From the NCBI GenBank assembly GCA_028875655.1, contig JAPPCX010000112.1, positions 141-64,140 on the forward strand: 64,000 nt of DNA, in the 5' to 3' direction. Position 1 is the first letter of the stretch. Each line of letters opens with the position of its first letter. The notes beneath the pieces were generated by a model, which saw only the letters and a list, made by a program, of their open reading frames with translations, did no database searches and was not told where the DNA came from. A program made the position numbers and the translations under genes. Below are positions 56,671-64,000 of the stretch, piece after piece. Source of the stretch: Chloroflexota bacterium. GTDB taxonomy: Bacteria > Chloroflexota > Dehalococcoidia > Lucifugimonadales > UBA3495.

Positions 56671-57243
56671 ATGATAGCTCAACCCGATGCCGACCATCCT
56701 TACCCTCCTAACCCGATAGCCGATGCGGCCTGGGAAATCTATGAAACCGAGCTCCGACAGAAGCTGGAGCCCGAACATTACGGCGAATTGGTCTTCATCG
56801 ACACCAAGTCCCACGACTACGAAATTGAGGACGAGCATGGCGGAGCCTGGGTGCACCTGACCGACCGGCATCCCGACGCCATTTGCTATGCCTATCGCAT
56901 CGGCTACCCGATCTGGTGGACGCGAGAGGTGCTTCCCGGCGATGAATTGCTGGCGGATGCCGAGGCAAATCCGCTTCCCAAACCGTCGCCGGAAGAAATG
57001 GCCCAACGTAAACAGCGGGCTGATCAGGCCCGAGCCTTATTCAAAAAAATCTGCTCCCAATTATCTGCCGGCGAAAGAGGCAAGGTCATAGCCCTGGACC
57101 TGGAAACGGGCGACTATGAAATCGACAATGACGGCATGAGAGCCGCAGTTCATCTCCGAGACCGACATCCGGGTGCTTACGTGTACTCGTTCATGATCGG
57201 ACGCGAACGAAGGTGGACCGGATTGAAGAGGCGGTCAGAATGA
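56671..57243 (+). CDS. two-domain DUF5678-like protein (cassette 1 partner)
   Basis: Internal duplication: YGELVFIDTKSHDYEIEDEHGGAWVHLTDRHPDAICYAYRIG and GKVIALDLETGDYEIDNDGMRAAVHLRDRHPGAYVYSFMIG. The same module occurs in the 58515 gene. Family name is from pattern memory only. Confidence 0.6.
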   Translation: MIAQPDADHPYPPNPIADAAWEIYETELRQKLEPEHYGELVFIDTKSHDYEIEDEHGGAWVHLTDRHPDAICYAYRIGYPIWWTREVLPGDELLADAEANPLPKPSPEEMAQRKQRADQARALFKKICSQLSAGERGKVIALDLETGDYEIDNDGMRAAVHLRDRHPGAYVYSFMIGRERRWTGLKRRSE

Positions 57244-57620
57244 CTCAAGGGCAGGTTAATGGAGCTTATCTTGCAGACATCCCAATCGACATTTTTGATT
57301 CACGCCGACGGTTACATCGGATCAGGGCAGTCATTGACTCTGGATTTGACGGTGAGTTGGTACTGCCCGGAAGCATCATAAGGGGTTTGGGATTACTCCG
57401 TATTGGCGAAGATGAGTTGTACCTACCCAATGGACAGCCGTTTTTGTTCAATGCCTACTCTGGAACCATATTCTGGTTCAACCGTGAGCGTGACATCACA
57501 GTGTTGGAGTCGGAAACCTATTCACTGGTCGGAAAGTTTTTGCTCGCCGAGAGCCATATCGAAATCGACTTGACTCCCGGCGGAACCGTGACCGTTACGG
57601 AATTGCCGGCGACGTTTTGA
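57240..57620 (+). CDS. retropepsin-like aspartic protease, DTGF (AF_0612/TIGR03698-like) type
   Basis: RAVIDSGFDGELVLP catalytic loop, LVGKFLL near the C-terminus. The ATG overlaps the upstream TGA (ATGA). Confidence 0.7.
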   Translation: MTQGQVNGAYLADIPIDIFDSRRRLHRIRAVIDSGFDGELVLPGSIIRGLGLLRIGEDELYLPNGQPFLFNAYSGTIFWFNRERDITVLESETYSLVGKFLLAESHIEIDLTPGGTVTVTELPATF

Positions 57621-57647
57621 AAACATCGTCAGTTGCGAGAGGGCGAA

Positions 57648-58418
57648 CTACCGCCCCTGCCCTCGGTCCAGGTAGTCCTGGGCGGAGCCGAGTCCCTCCA
57701 GCGCCAGCCCGTAGCCCAGCAGGTCGTGCAGTTCTCCCCGCAGCTTCTGGGTGAGCAGTACGCGGGAATAGCGCAGTATCAGGCGCGGCTGGCGGGCCAG
57801 ATCACGGGCCAGTTCCCAGGCGCGCGGCAGCAGTTTGTCCGACGGCAGCACCTCTGCGACCAGTCCCAGCTCCTGCGCTTTGGCGGCATCCAACGACTGC
57901 CCGGTGAGGAGGAAGTAGCGGCCCCGGTTGATGCCCAGCAGCAGCGGGTAGATGATGTGCATACCGTCGCCCGGAGTGAGGCCGCTCATGAAGTGGCCGG
58001 AGTCCTGGAATGTGGTGTGCGGCGCGGCCAGCACGATGTCGCTCATCAACGGCAGCTCTGAGTGCCGTAACGCCGGGCCGTTGATGGCGGCGATGATTGG
58101 CACCTCGATGTTGAGCAGGTTGCCCAGGAGATGCTTGCCCTCCCAGTAGGTAGCGTCCCACTGTTCAGGGGTGCGGCGCGGCACGGTGTCGCTGCTGCCG
58201 GCCGGTCCGGTGAACCCATCGCCGGCGCCGGTCATGATGATGACCTTGTTCTCCACGTCGGTACCGATGGTATGAAAAACCTCCGGTAGTTCGGAGTGCG
58301 GGCCGGCGCCCCATTGCAGGGTATCGCCGTCGCTGTGCAGGGTCATCTGCAAGATGCCGTCTTCGCGCTCGAACCGCGCGTACTGGAATCGGTCCTTATA
58401 GTCTTCAAGCCGGGCCAT
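57648..58418 (-). CDS. enoyl-CoA hydratase/isomerase family
   Basis: VIIMTGAGDGFTG, INGPALRHSELPLMSDIVLAA. The ATG at 58418 follows AAGGAG. Confidence 0.85.
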   Translation of the reverse strand: MARLEDYKDRFQYARFEREDGILQMTLHSDGDTLQWGAGPHSELPEVFHTIGTDVENKVIIMTGAGDGFTGPAGSSDTVPRRTPEQWDATYWEGKHLLGNLLNIEVPIIAAINGPALRHSELPLMSDIVLAAPHTTFQDSGHFMSGLTPGDGMHIIYPLLLGINRGRYFLLTGQSLDAAKAQELGLVAEVLPSDKLLPRAWELARDLARQPRLILRYSRVLLTQKLRGELHDLLGYGLALEGLGSAQDYLDRGQGR

Positions 58419-58454
58419 TGCTTTGCTCCTTTCCGTCAATGTGGTTGGCGTCAA

Positions 58455-58460
58455 GTATAA
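58455..58460 (+). promoter_or_regulatory. -10 box TATAAT upstream of cassette 2
   Basis: Consensus hexamer 55 nt before the ATG at 58515. Confidence 0.3.
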
Positions 58461-58514
58461 TCAAAATGTCCGGCGGGAATGTCCAAAGGCACAACTATCG
58501 TAAGCGGAGGAATC

Positions 58515-58787
58515 ATGACCACGACCGAGCAGGGCCGGAGTAAGGATTCGCTACGGGCCGAAGCATTTTACAATGAGGAGCTGCGCGACAGCCTGGAGCC
58601 TGCCGAAAACGGCAAGTTCATCGTAATCGACGCCAGGTCAAGCGACTACGAGGTGCATGCCGACTTAATCTTCGCATACGTTCACCTACGTGATAGGCGC
58701 CCTGACGGGGAACTGTACACCTTTCGCGTTGGCGACAGCGAACGAGAGCGGTCAGTGCTTCACGGCAAGCGGATGACGCATAAGTGA
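58515..58787 (+). CDS. single-domain DUF5678-like protein (cassette 2 partner)
   Basis: GKFIVIDARSSDYEVHADLIFAYVHLRDRRPDGELYTFRVG. The ATG at 58515 follows GGAGG. The track start is 58479. Confidence 0.6.
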   Translation: MTTTEQGRSKDSLRAEAFYNEELRDSLEPAENGKFIVIDARSSDYEVHADLIFAYVHLRDRRPDGELYTFRVGDSERERSVLHGKRMTHK

Positions 58788-59161
58788 TGATTATCGGGCG
58801 CGTCAACGAAAATTATGAGGCCGTGATCCCAATCGCGCTTCCCGATTTGCCAACTCGCGAGTTGCACCATTTTTCGGCTGTGATCGACACCGGGTTCCAA
58901 GGTTATTTGATGCTGCCACGCGCAGTTGTTCAGCAGTTGGGGTTGATGGTAATCGATACCAGGGACTTGGTGATTGGGAATGAAGAAACGTATCGGTTTG
59001 ATTTGTGCGCCGCGGTTATTCTCTGGGAAGATGAACCCATCCCTATCCCCATACTGGTCTCCGAAACCCAAACCCTCGTCGGCGCCCGCCTGCTGGCCGG
59101 CTACTATCTCACCGCCGCCATGATTCCCGGCGGCCGGGTAACTCTCACCCAACTTCCCTGA
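58784..59161 (+). CDS. retropepsin-like aspartic protease, DTGF type (paralogue)
   Basis: SAVIDTGFQGYLMLP, LVGARLL. The GTG at 58784 or the ATG at 58787 overlaps the upstream TGA (GTGATG). Confidence 0.75.
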   Translation: MMIIGRVNENYEAVIPIALPDLPTRELHHFSAVIDTGFQGYLMLPRAVVQQLGLMVIDTRDLVIGNEETYRFDLCAAVILWEDEPIPIPILVSETQTLVGARLLAGYYLTAAMIPGGRVTLTQLP

Positions 59162-59189
59162 CCCCAATCTCACCTTCCGGACGACGCGC

Positions 59190-60191
59190 ATGACCAGTTC
59201 CAACATCAACATTGGGCCACAATACCTGGAGGGCGCTGCGGCGTCGGACGTCGCGCCGCTGGACGCGCGGCCCCGGACGATGTTTCGCGCGCCGTTCTGC
59301 GCCAACCTTGACGAACTGGACGCCGACGTGGCCTTCATCGGGATGCCCTTTGACCAGGGCACTTTCGGGAGGCCGGGAGCGCGCTACGGCCCGGACGCCC
59401 TGCGGGACGCGCCGCGAGCGTATTCCTACCTGGACCCCTTCGGGCAGGGCAAGGACGCGGAGGGGTTTTTCGACGCCGACGCCGGCGACGAGCTGCTGCG
59501 CGGCGTCACCATGGCCGACTGCGGCAACGTGACGGTGGCACCGTCGGACGTGCTGCACAACTTCGAGCGGCTGGCCGGCGTGGTGCGGAGGGTCGCGGAA
59601 CGGGGCGCGATGCCGGTGATATTGGGAGGCGACCACGCCGTCACGTTTCCGGCGGTGGCGGGGCTGGCGCAGTTCGCGCCGCTGGACATCGTGCACTTCG
59701 ACGCGCACCTGGACTACACACACCACTACCACGGAGCCATGCTGACCCACGGCAGCCCCATCCGGCGGTGCTACGAGCTGGAGCACGTGGGCAACATCAC
59801 GTCCGTGGGCATCCGCTCGGTGCGACGGGAGCCTTACGAGGAGGCCGTGAGTCACGGCAACGGCATCATCACGCTGCGGCAGTTCCGCGAGTTGGGGCCG
59901 GAGGCGGTGGCGGAGAGTATCCCCGTCGGCTCCAACCTGTACGTCACCTTCGACGTGGACGCGCTGGACCCGATCCAGGCGCCGGGAACCGGCACGCCGG
60001 AGGTTGGCGGGCTGTTCTACGACGAAGCCCGCCGCTGCCTGGAGACGCTGGTGCGCCGTTCCAACCTGGTCGCGTTTGACGTGGTGGAAGTCGCGCCGCC
60101 GTATGACGTTTCGCAGTTGACGGTACAGGTGGCGGCGCGACTGATCATGGACATCCTCGCGGCGCGGTTCCCTAGTCGCCGCGCAGGATGA
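59190..60191 (+). CDS. arginase/agmatinase-family ureohydrolase
   Basis: ILGGDHAVTF, HFDAHLDY, TFDVDALDP, FDVVEVAPPYD (Mn-binding motifs). Confidence 0.85.
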   Translation: MTSSNINIGPQYLEGAAASDVAPLDARPRTMFRAPFCANLDELDADVAFIGMPFDQGTFGRPGARYGPDALRDAPRAYSYLDPFGQGKDAEGFFDADAGDELLRGVTMADCGNVTVAPSDVLHNFERLAGVVRRVAERGAMPVILGGDHAVTFPAVAGLAQFAPLDIVHFDAHLDYTHHYHGAMLTHGSPIRRCYELEHVGNITSVGIRSVRREPYEEAVSHGNGIITLRQFRELGPEAVAESIPVGSNLYVTFDVDALDPIQAPGTGTPEVGGLFYDEARRCLETLVRRSNLVAFDVVEVAPPYDVSQLTVQVAARLIMDILAARFPSRRAG

Positions 60192-61719
60192 ACTCGGAGA
60201 CGCGCTCGCCGATCATCATGGTGGTGACGTTGGTGTTGGCACGGATGCAGTCGGGCATGATGGATGCGTCCACCACGCGGATGTTCTCCAACCCATGCAC
60301 CTTGCCATACTGGCTGACCACCGCCATGGGGTCGGAGGATGGGCCCATCTTGCAGGTGCAGGATATGTGTTGCGCGGTGGAGACGTTGCTGCGCAGCCAG
60401 TGGTCCAGCGTGTCGTCAGATTCCAGGTCTGAGTCCAGCGGCTCGATGCGCTCCTGGATGATGTTGCCGAAATCGCCGTGTTCGCCAAGCTGGACGGCGA
60501 TGCGGACGCCGTCGCGGAGACGCTTGCGGTCGAACTCCTCCTGGAGGTAGTTGTAGTCCAGGTAGGGCTGCTGGTGCGGGTCGGTGGAGTTGAGGCGCAG
60601 CTCGCCGGCGCCGACGGCCAGGTAGATGGATACCGAGGCGCGGATGCCCATGGGTTCCATGCGCCCGCCGCCCCGTATCACTTGCTCGGTGGCGAAAGAT
60701 GAGAAAATCATGATCATGTCGTTGCGTAGGTGGGAACCCTCGGCGGTGTATTTCAGGCAGGTCTGGATGCGGGGCGCGAACCCGTCGAGGTCAAACCCCG
60801 GCACGGTGCGCCAGGTTACGGGCACGATTGGATGGTCGCGGAGGTTCTGGCCGACGCCGGGAAGGTCGTGAACCACGGGCAGGCCCATGCTGCGCAGGTG
60901 GTCGGCGGGGCCGACGCCGGAGAGCAACAGCAGTTGGGGAGAGGCGATTGCGCCGCCGCTGAGGATAATCTGGTCGGCCTCGACGGTGAACACCTCGCCG
61001 CCGCTTTCGACCACCACGCCGGTGGCCCGGTTGCCGTCAAAAATCACGCGATGCACTGTGCAGTTGGGGCGCAGGGTGAAGTTGAGGCGATGGCGGGCCA
61101 GGTCCAGGTAGCCCAGGGCGGTGCTCCACCGGATGCCGTTGGGGTTGTTGAACGGCGTGGGACCGATGCCCGTGGAATCGGGGCTGTTGTGGTCGTCGGT
61201 GTGGGGGAACCCGTAGGCGCGGGCGGCGTTGTAGAAGGCGGACTGGGCCGGCAGCCATTCGTCGCGCTTGAAACGGCGGGCGATGATGGGGCCGTCGTTG
61301 CCATGAAAGTCGTCGGAGAAGTCGGTGTCGGTCTCCAGGCGGCGGAAACAGTGCAGCACGTTCTGGAAACTCCACTGGTCGTTGCCCATGGCGGCCCAGG
61401 TGTCGTAGTCCTCGGGCACGCCGCGCAGGAACATCTGGCCGTTGATGGCGCTGGAACCGCCGGTGACCTTGCCGCGCGGCACCATGATCTCCGGGTTTTC
61501 GGCGGTGCCGTATCCGGTGAACTGCCAGTTGTGATCGCTGGTCATCACGTCGGTGGCGGTGGCGTAGCCGAACTTCACCTCGCTGGGCAGGTGGTCAAAG
61601 TTGGGATAGTCGGGGCCCGCTTCCAGCAGCAGCACGGAGCGGTTGGGGTCCTCGCTCAACCTGGTGGCAACGATGGAACCGGCGGAGCCGGCGCCGATAA
61701 CGATTACGTCGTACTTCAC
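60172..61719 (-). CDS. GMC-family FAD oxidoreductase (choline dehydrogenase-like)
   Basis: YDVIVIGAGSAGSIVATRLSEDP...LLLEAGPD, GGSSAINGM, C-terminal H-containing active site region. Convergent 20-nt overlap with the ureohydrolase gene. Confidence 0.9.
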   Translation of the reverse strand: MKYDVIVIGAGSAGSIVATRLSEDPNRSVLLLEAGPDYPNFDHLPSEVKFGYATATDVMTSDHNWQFTGYGTAENPEIMVPRGKVTGGSSAINGQMFLRGVPEDYDTWAAMGNDQWSFQNVLHCFRRLETDTDFSDDFHGNDGPIIARRFKRDEWLPAQSAFYNAARAYGFPHTDDHNSPDSTGIGPTPFNNPNGIRWSTALGYLDLARHRLNFTLRPNCTVHRVIFDGNRATGVVVESGGEVFTVEADQIILSGGAIASPQLLLLSGVGPADHLRSMGLPVVHDLPGVGQNLRDHPIVPVTWRTVPGFDLDGFAPRIQTCLKYTAEGSHLRNDMIMIFSSFATEQVIRGGGRMEPMGIRASVSIYLAVGAGELRLNSTDPHQQPYLDYNYLQEEFDRKRLRDGVRIAVQLGEHGDFGNIIQERIEPLDSDLESDDTLDHWLRSNVSTAQHISCTCKMGPSSDPMAVVSQYGKVHGLENIRVVDASIMPDCIRANTNVTTMMIGERVSEFILRGD

Positions 61720-61737
61720 GATGCGCCTCCTTGTTTT

Positions 61738-61763
61738 TGCATGGATGTACAGGATTCACAGGA
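61738..61763 (+). repeat. 26-nt GCATGGATG/CAGGAT motif
   Basis: GCATGGATGTACAGGATTCACAGGAT. On the minus strand it ends ~20 nt before the GMC start codon, just upstream of its AAGGAGG. Confidence 0.8.
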
Positions 61764-61806
61764 TGCGGGGATTGTACACTGATACCAGAATTTGTTGACA
61801 TTTCCC

Positions 61807-61833
61807 GTCATTCCCGCGAAAGCGGGAATCCAG
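61807..61833. repeat. REP family 1 hairpin
   Basis: GTCATTCCCGCGAAAGCGGGAATCCAG, identical to 3111-3137. Confidence 0.85.
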
Positions 61834-61921
61834 AGAGTGCAAATCAGGCCGACTTTCCTGTCGCAATGGCTTTCTGGGTTCCTGGCTGAGATTCACACCA
61901 AATCCGAATGCTTACGATGAA

Positions 61922-62809
61922 TCAGCTTGCGAAGACGCTGAGGGTAATGGTGGCCGCGATGATGAGGCTCGCGCCGGCCCACTGGGTGATCCGCGGGCGT
62001 TCGCGATTGATACCGACCGCCAACGCGATGGTGACCAGGGGATGGGCCGCCGCGATGGGCGCAACCAGGGAAACCGGAGCCGAAGCGACGCCCAGGTTGT
62101 AGCCCACGTAACCGGCGGCGTCCACGACGCCGATCGCCGCCAGCAGCGCCCAACCGTTGGAATCCTGGGGCCGGCGAATCGGCATACGCCTGGCCAAGGC
62201 GAAAGCGGACGGGGGAATTGCGGAGATGGCGCGCACCACCAGGACCGCCAGCATGGGGCCGGCCGCCGCAGTAGCATGGTCGAACAGCGCCATGGCCACG
62301 CCGATGCTGAGCATGGTTGCCAGGCCCCAGGGCAGGCCCGAACTCACCTCGGATCCGGTCAACGGGCCGGCGGACAGCAGCAGGATGCCCAGCAGAACCC
62401 CGGCCATCAACGCCAACTGCCCGGCTCCGACGGATTCGCCGAACAGCGCCACGGCGATGAGCACCGTGATGGCGAGCCACGCCGAGGCCGCGCTGCTGAC
62501 GACCGTCACCGCCCCCCGAGCCAGGCCGGTGTAATAGACCAGGTATCCGAAACCCAGGGCCGCGCCGGTCAACGGCGCCCACAGGATCAATCCGGGAACA
62601 TCGACGCTCAGCCGGCCGGTGGCGGCCTCGAACGCCACGAAAGCCAGGGGCAATGCCAGCCCGATCAGCTGGGTGAGCAGGGTCGTGCTGACGCTGCCGA
62701 TGCGACGGGATGATGCGCGGGCCAGATAGTCGGCGATTCCCCAGGCCAGCAGCCCGGAGAATCCCCAGTAGAATCCTCCGATAGACGCCATCGAGACCGT
62801 CATTCCCAA
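61922..62809 (-). CDS. EamA/DMT-superfamily transporter
   Basis: 295 aa, ten TM pattern with two EamA-like halves. Confidence 0.75.
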   Translation of the reverse strand: MGMTVSMASIGGFYWGFSGLLAWGIADYLARASSRRIGSVSTTLLTQLIGLALPLAFVAFEAATGRLSVDVPGLILWAPLTGAALGFGYLVYYTGLARGAVTVVSSAASAWLAITVLIAVALFGESVGAGQLALMAGVLLGILLLSAGPLTGSEVSSGLPWGLATMLSIGVAMALFDHATAAAGPMLAVLVVRAISAIPPSAFALARRMPIRRPQDSNGWALLAAIGVVDAAGYVGYNLGVASAPVSLVAPIAAAHPLVTIALAVGINRERPRITQWAGASLIIAATITLSVFAS

Positions 62810-62822
62810 CGTCTAAATTCGA

Positions 62823-62849
62823 CTGGATTCCCGCCTACGCGGGAATGAC
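62823..62849. repeat. REP family 1 hairpin
   Basis: CTGGATTCCCGCCTACGCGGGAATGAC. Confidence 0.85.
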
Positions 62850-62861
62850 GGCGCTTTTTCA

Positions 62862-63413
62862 CTAAATGGGCAGTTTGGGTTCGTCGCCGTCGGGCACGTC
62901 GATGTCGAAGGCGTTGGCGTTGAAAGCCAGCAGGGAGTAGTAGCCCATCAACGTGGAGATCTCCGTGACCGTCAGCGCGCCGTACCGGTTGATGGCAGCC
63001 TGGAACGTGGCTTCGCCGACGCGGTGGTTGGCGAATAGCTCGGTCACGTAGTTGACCACGATCTGGAGGTCGTCGGACAGCTGGGGCAGCGGCTTGCCGT
63101 CGCGCAGGTTATCCACGAACTCGTCGCTGATGCCCTGCTGGCGGGCGCGGGCGGCGTGGGCGTGCCAGATGTACTGGCAGTCCATGTTGCGGGCCGTGAG
63201 GATCATCACCAGTTCCTGGACCTGCTTGGGGAGGGACGACTCGTCGCGCAGGTAGTTGACCAGATAGTTGGAGCGCCGGCGCATTTCGGGGCTGTTGATC
63301 ATTGCGGAGCCGGGGCCGCTGTCCACCACGCCGCCGGAGTTGGCGGTCTCGTGGTCGAAGGCCTCGCGCAGATTTTCAGGGACCATATCGCGGGTGAGTA
63401 TGGGGGTTCGCAT
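62862..63413 (-). CDS. carboxymuconolactone decarboxylase (AhpD-like) family protein
   Basis: ILTARNMDCQYIWHAHAARARQQGI is the typical CMD helix pair. The ATG at 63413 follows GGAGG. Confidence 0.8.
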   Translation of the reverse strand: MRTPILTRDMVPENLREAFDHETANSGGVVDSGPGSAMINSPEMRRRSNYLVNYLRDESSLPKQVQELVMILTARNMDCQYIWHAHAARARQQGISDEFVDNLRDGKPLPQLSDDLQIVVNYVTELFANHRVGEATFQAAINRYGALTVTEISTLMGYYSLLAFNANAFDIDVPDGDEPKLPI

Positions 63414-63497
63414 TTTGTGCCTCCATGGGTTTTGTTCGATGATAGACGGCGGGCCGGGCGGTGGCAAGCAAGTATCAATCGCACCTGAATCATAATA

Positions 63498-63541
63498 GAA
63501 TACGTCACCTTACCGTATCGAATACGTCACTTTACCGTTTC
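63498..63541 (+). promoter_or_regulatory. tandem 22-bp direct repeats in a divergent promoter region
   Basis: GAATACGTCACCTTACCGTATC / GAATACGTCACTTTACCGTTTC, followed by the TACCGTTTCCGGTA palindrome. CATAAT lies just upstream. Confidence 0.5.
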
Positions 63542-63559
63542 CGGTAGTTTTCGACCAAC

Positions 63560-64000
63560 GTGATCGCATCGTTAGCCAACAGCCCGGCCTTCAAGTGGTA
63601 TGCCTTCGCCGCCATGGCGGTGGGCACCTTCGCGTCCGTGGTGGACCACGGCAGCGTGGGGGTGGCGCTGCCCACCATAGCCACCCATTTTCATGCCCCA
63701 ATCCCCAGCGTACAGTGGTTGATGATCGGGTTCGCAATGACCATCATCGCCCTGCTGCTGCCCATGGGCCGTCTGGCGGACCTGATCGGCTCGAAGCGGG
63801 TGTACCTGATGGGTTCGGTGGTGATCATCGCCGGGTCCATTGCCGCCGGAACCTCGACTGATCTGGCGGTCCTGATAGTGGCGCGGATCCTGCAGGGCGC
63901 CGGCGCGGCCATGACCCAGGGCACCGGCATGGCCATCATCATCGGAGCGTTCCCGCCGGGTGAACGGGGCAAGGCCATCGGTCTGATTATGACCATGGTG
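63560..64000 (+). CDS. MFS transporter (DHA2-like), 3' end beyond window edge
   Basis: Own translation from the GTG at 63560 (the in-frame TAG at 63545 closes the frame upstream): VIASLANSPAFKWYAFAAMAVGTFASVVDHGSVGVALPTIA...GRLADLIGSKRVY...RILQGAGAAM. Open to position 64000. Confidence 0.75.
   Translation, partial: MIASLANSPAFKWYAFAAMAVGTFASVVDHGSVGVALPTIATHFHAPIPSVQWLMIGFAMTIIALLLPMGRLADLIGSKRVYLMGSVVIIAGSIAAGTSTDLAVLIVARILQGAGAAMTQGTGMAIIIGAFPPGERGKAIGLIMTMV

Noticed and set aside
60730-61782. 350-aa plus-strand ORF
   Set aside because: It is antisense to the GMC oxidoreductase, which has an unambiguous FAD-binding N-terminus. Shadow ORF.

Overview
High-GC bacterial chromosome segment with about 60 protein-coding genes. 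I found no rRNA, tRNA, CRISPR array, integrase or transposase. All calls come from reading the translations and DNA by eye, with no database search and no computed statistics. Gene content suggests Chloroflexota, possibly SAR202-like, but that is inference only: a Chlor_Arch_YYY/DUF2298 membrane protein plus many paralogous LLM/F420-type oxidoreductases, PPOX-like proteins, nitroreductases, crotonases, acyl-CoA synthetases, alpha/beta hydrolases and MFS transporters. Housekeeping anchors are tmk, pdxS/pdxT, secA, a copA copper operon, rnc, ftsY and ligA. Intergenic DNA is saturated with at least five families of REP-like palindromic repeats, a 26-nt CAGGAT-type motif, and a ~310-350 bp strand-asymmetric mosaic repeat present three times. 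Candidates for new biology, best first: (1) a translationally coupled operon at 29121-32417, encoding a TrpF-like barrel, a 99-aa protein, a HEPN-like protein, a protein with a CLANSRK..GGRC.AGK motif, and two DUF488 proteins; it lies in an AT-richer islet near a helicase and orphan antitoxins. (2) Two paralogous two-gene cassettes at 56671-59161, each a small DUF5678-like protein followed by a DTGF-type retropepsin-like aspartic protease, plus a third solo retropepsin at 34268. (3) A DsbA-like gene whose active-site Cys codon is an in-frame TGA followed by a SECIS-like hairpin (42855-43487). (4) An SF2 helicase with Zn-ribbon and DUF4357-like tail, interrupted by a single in-frame TAG (35555-37828).
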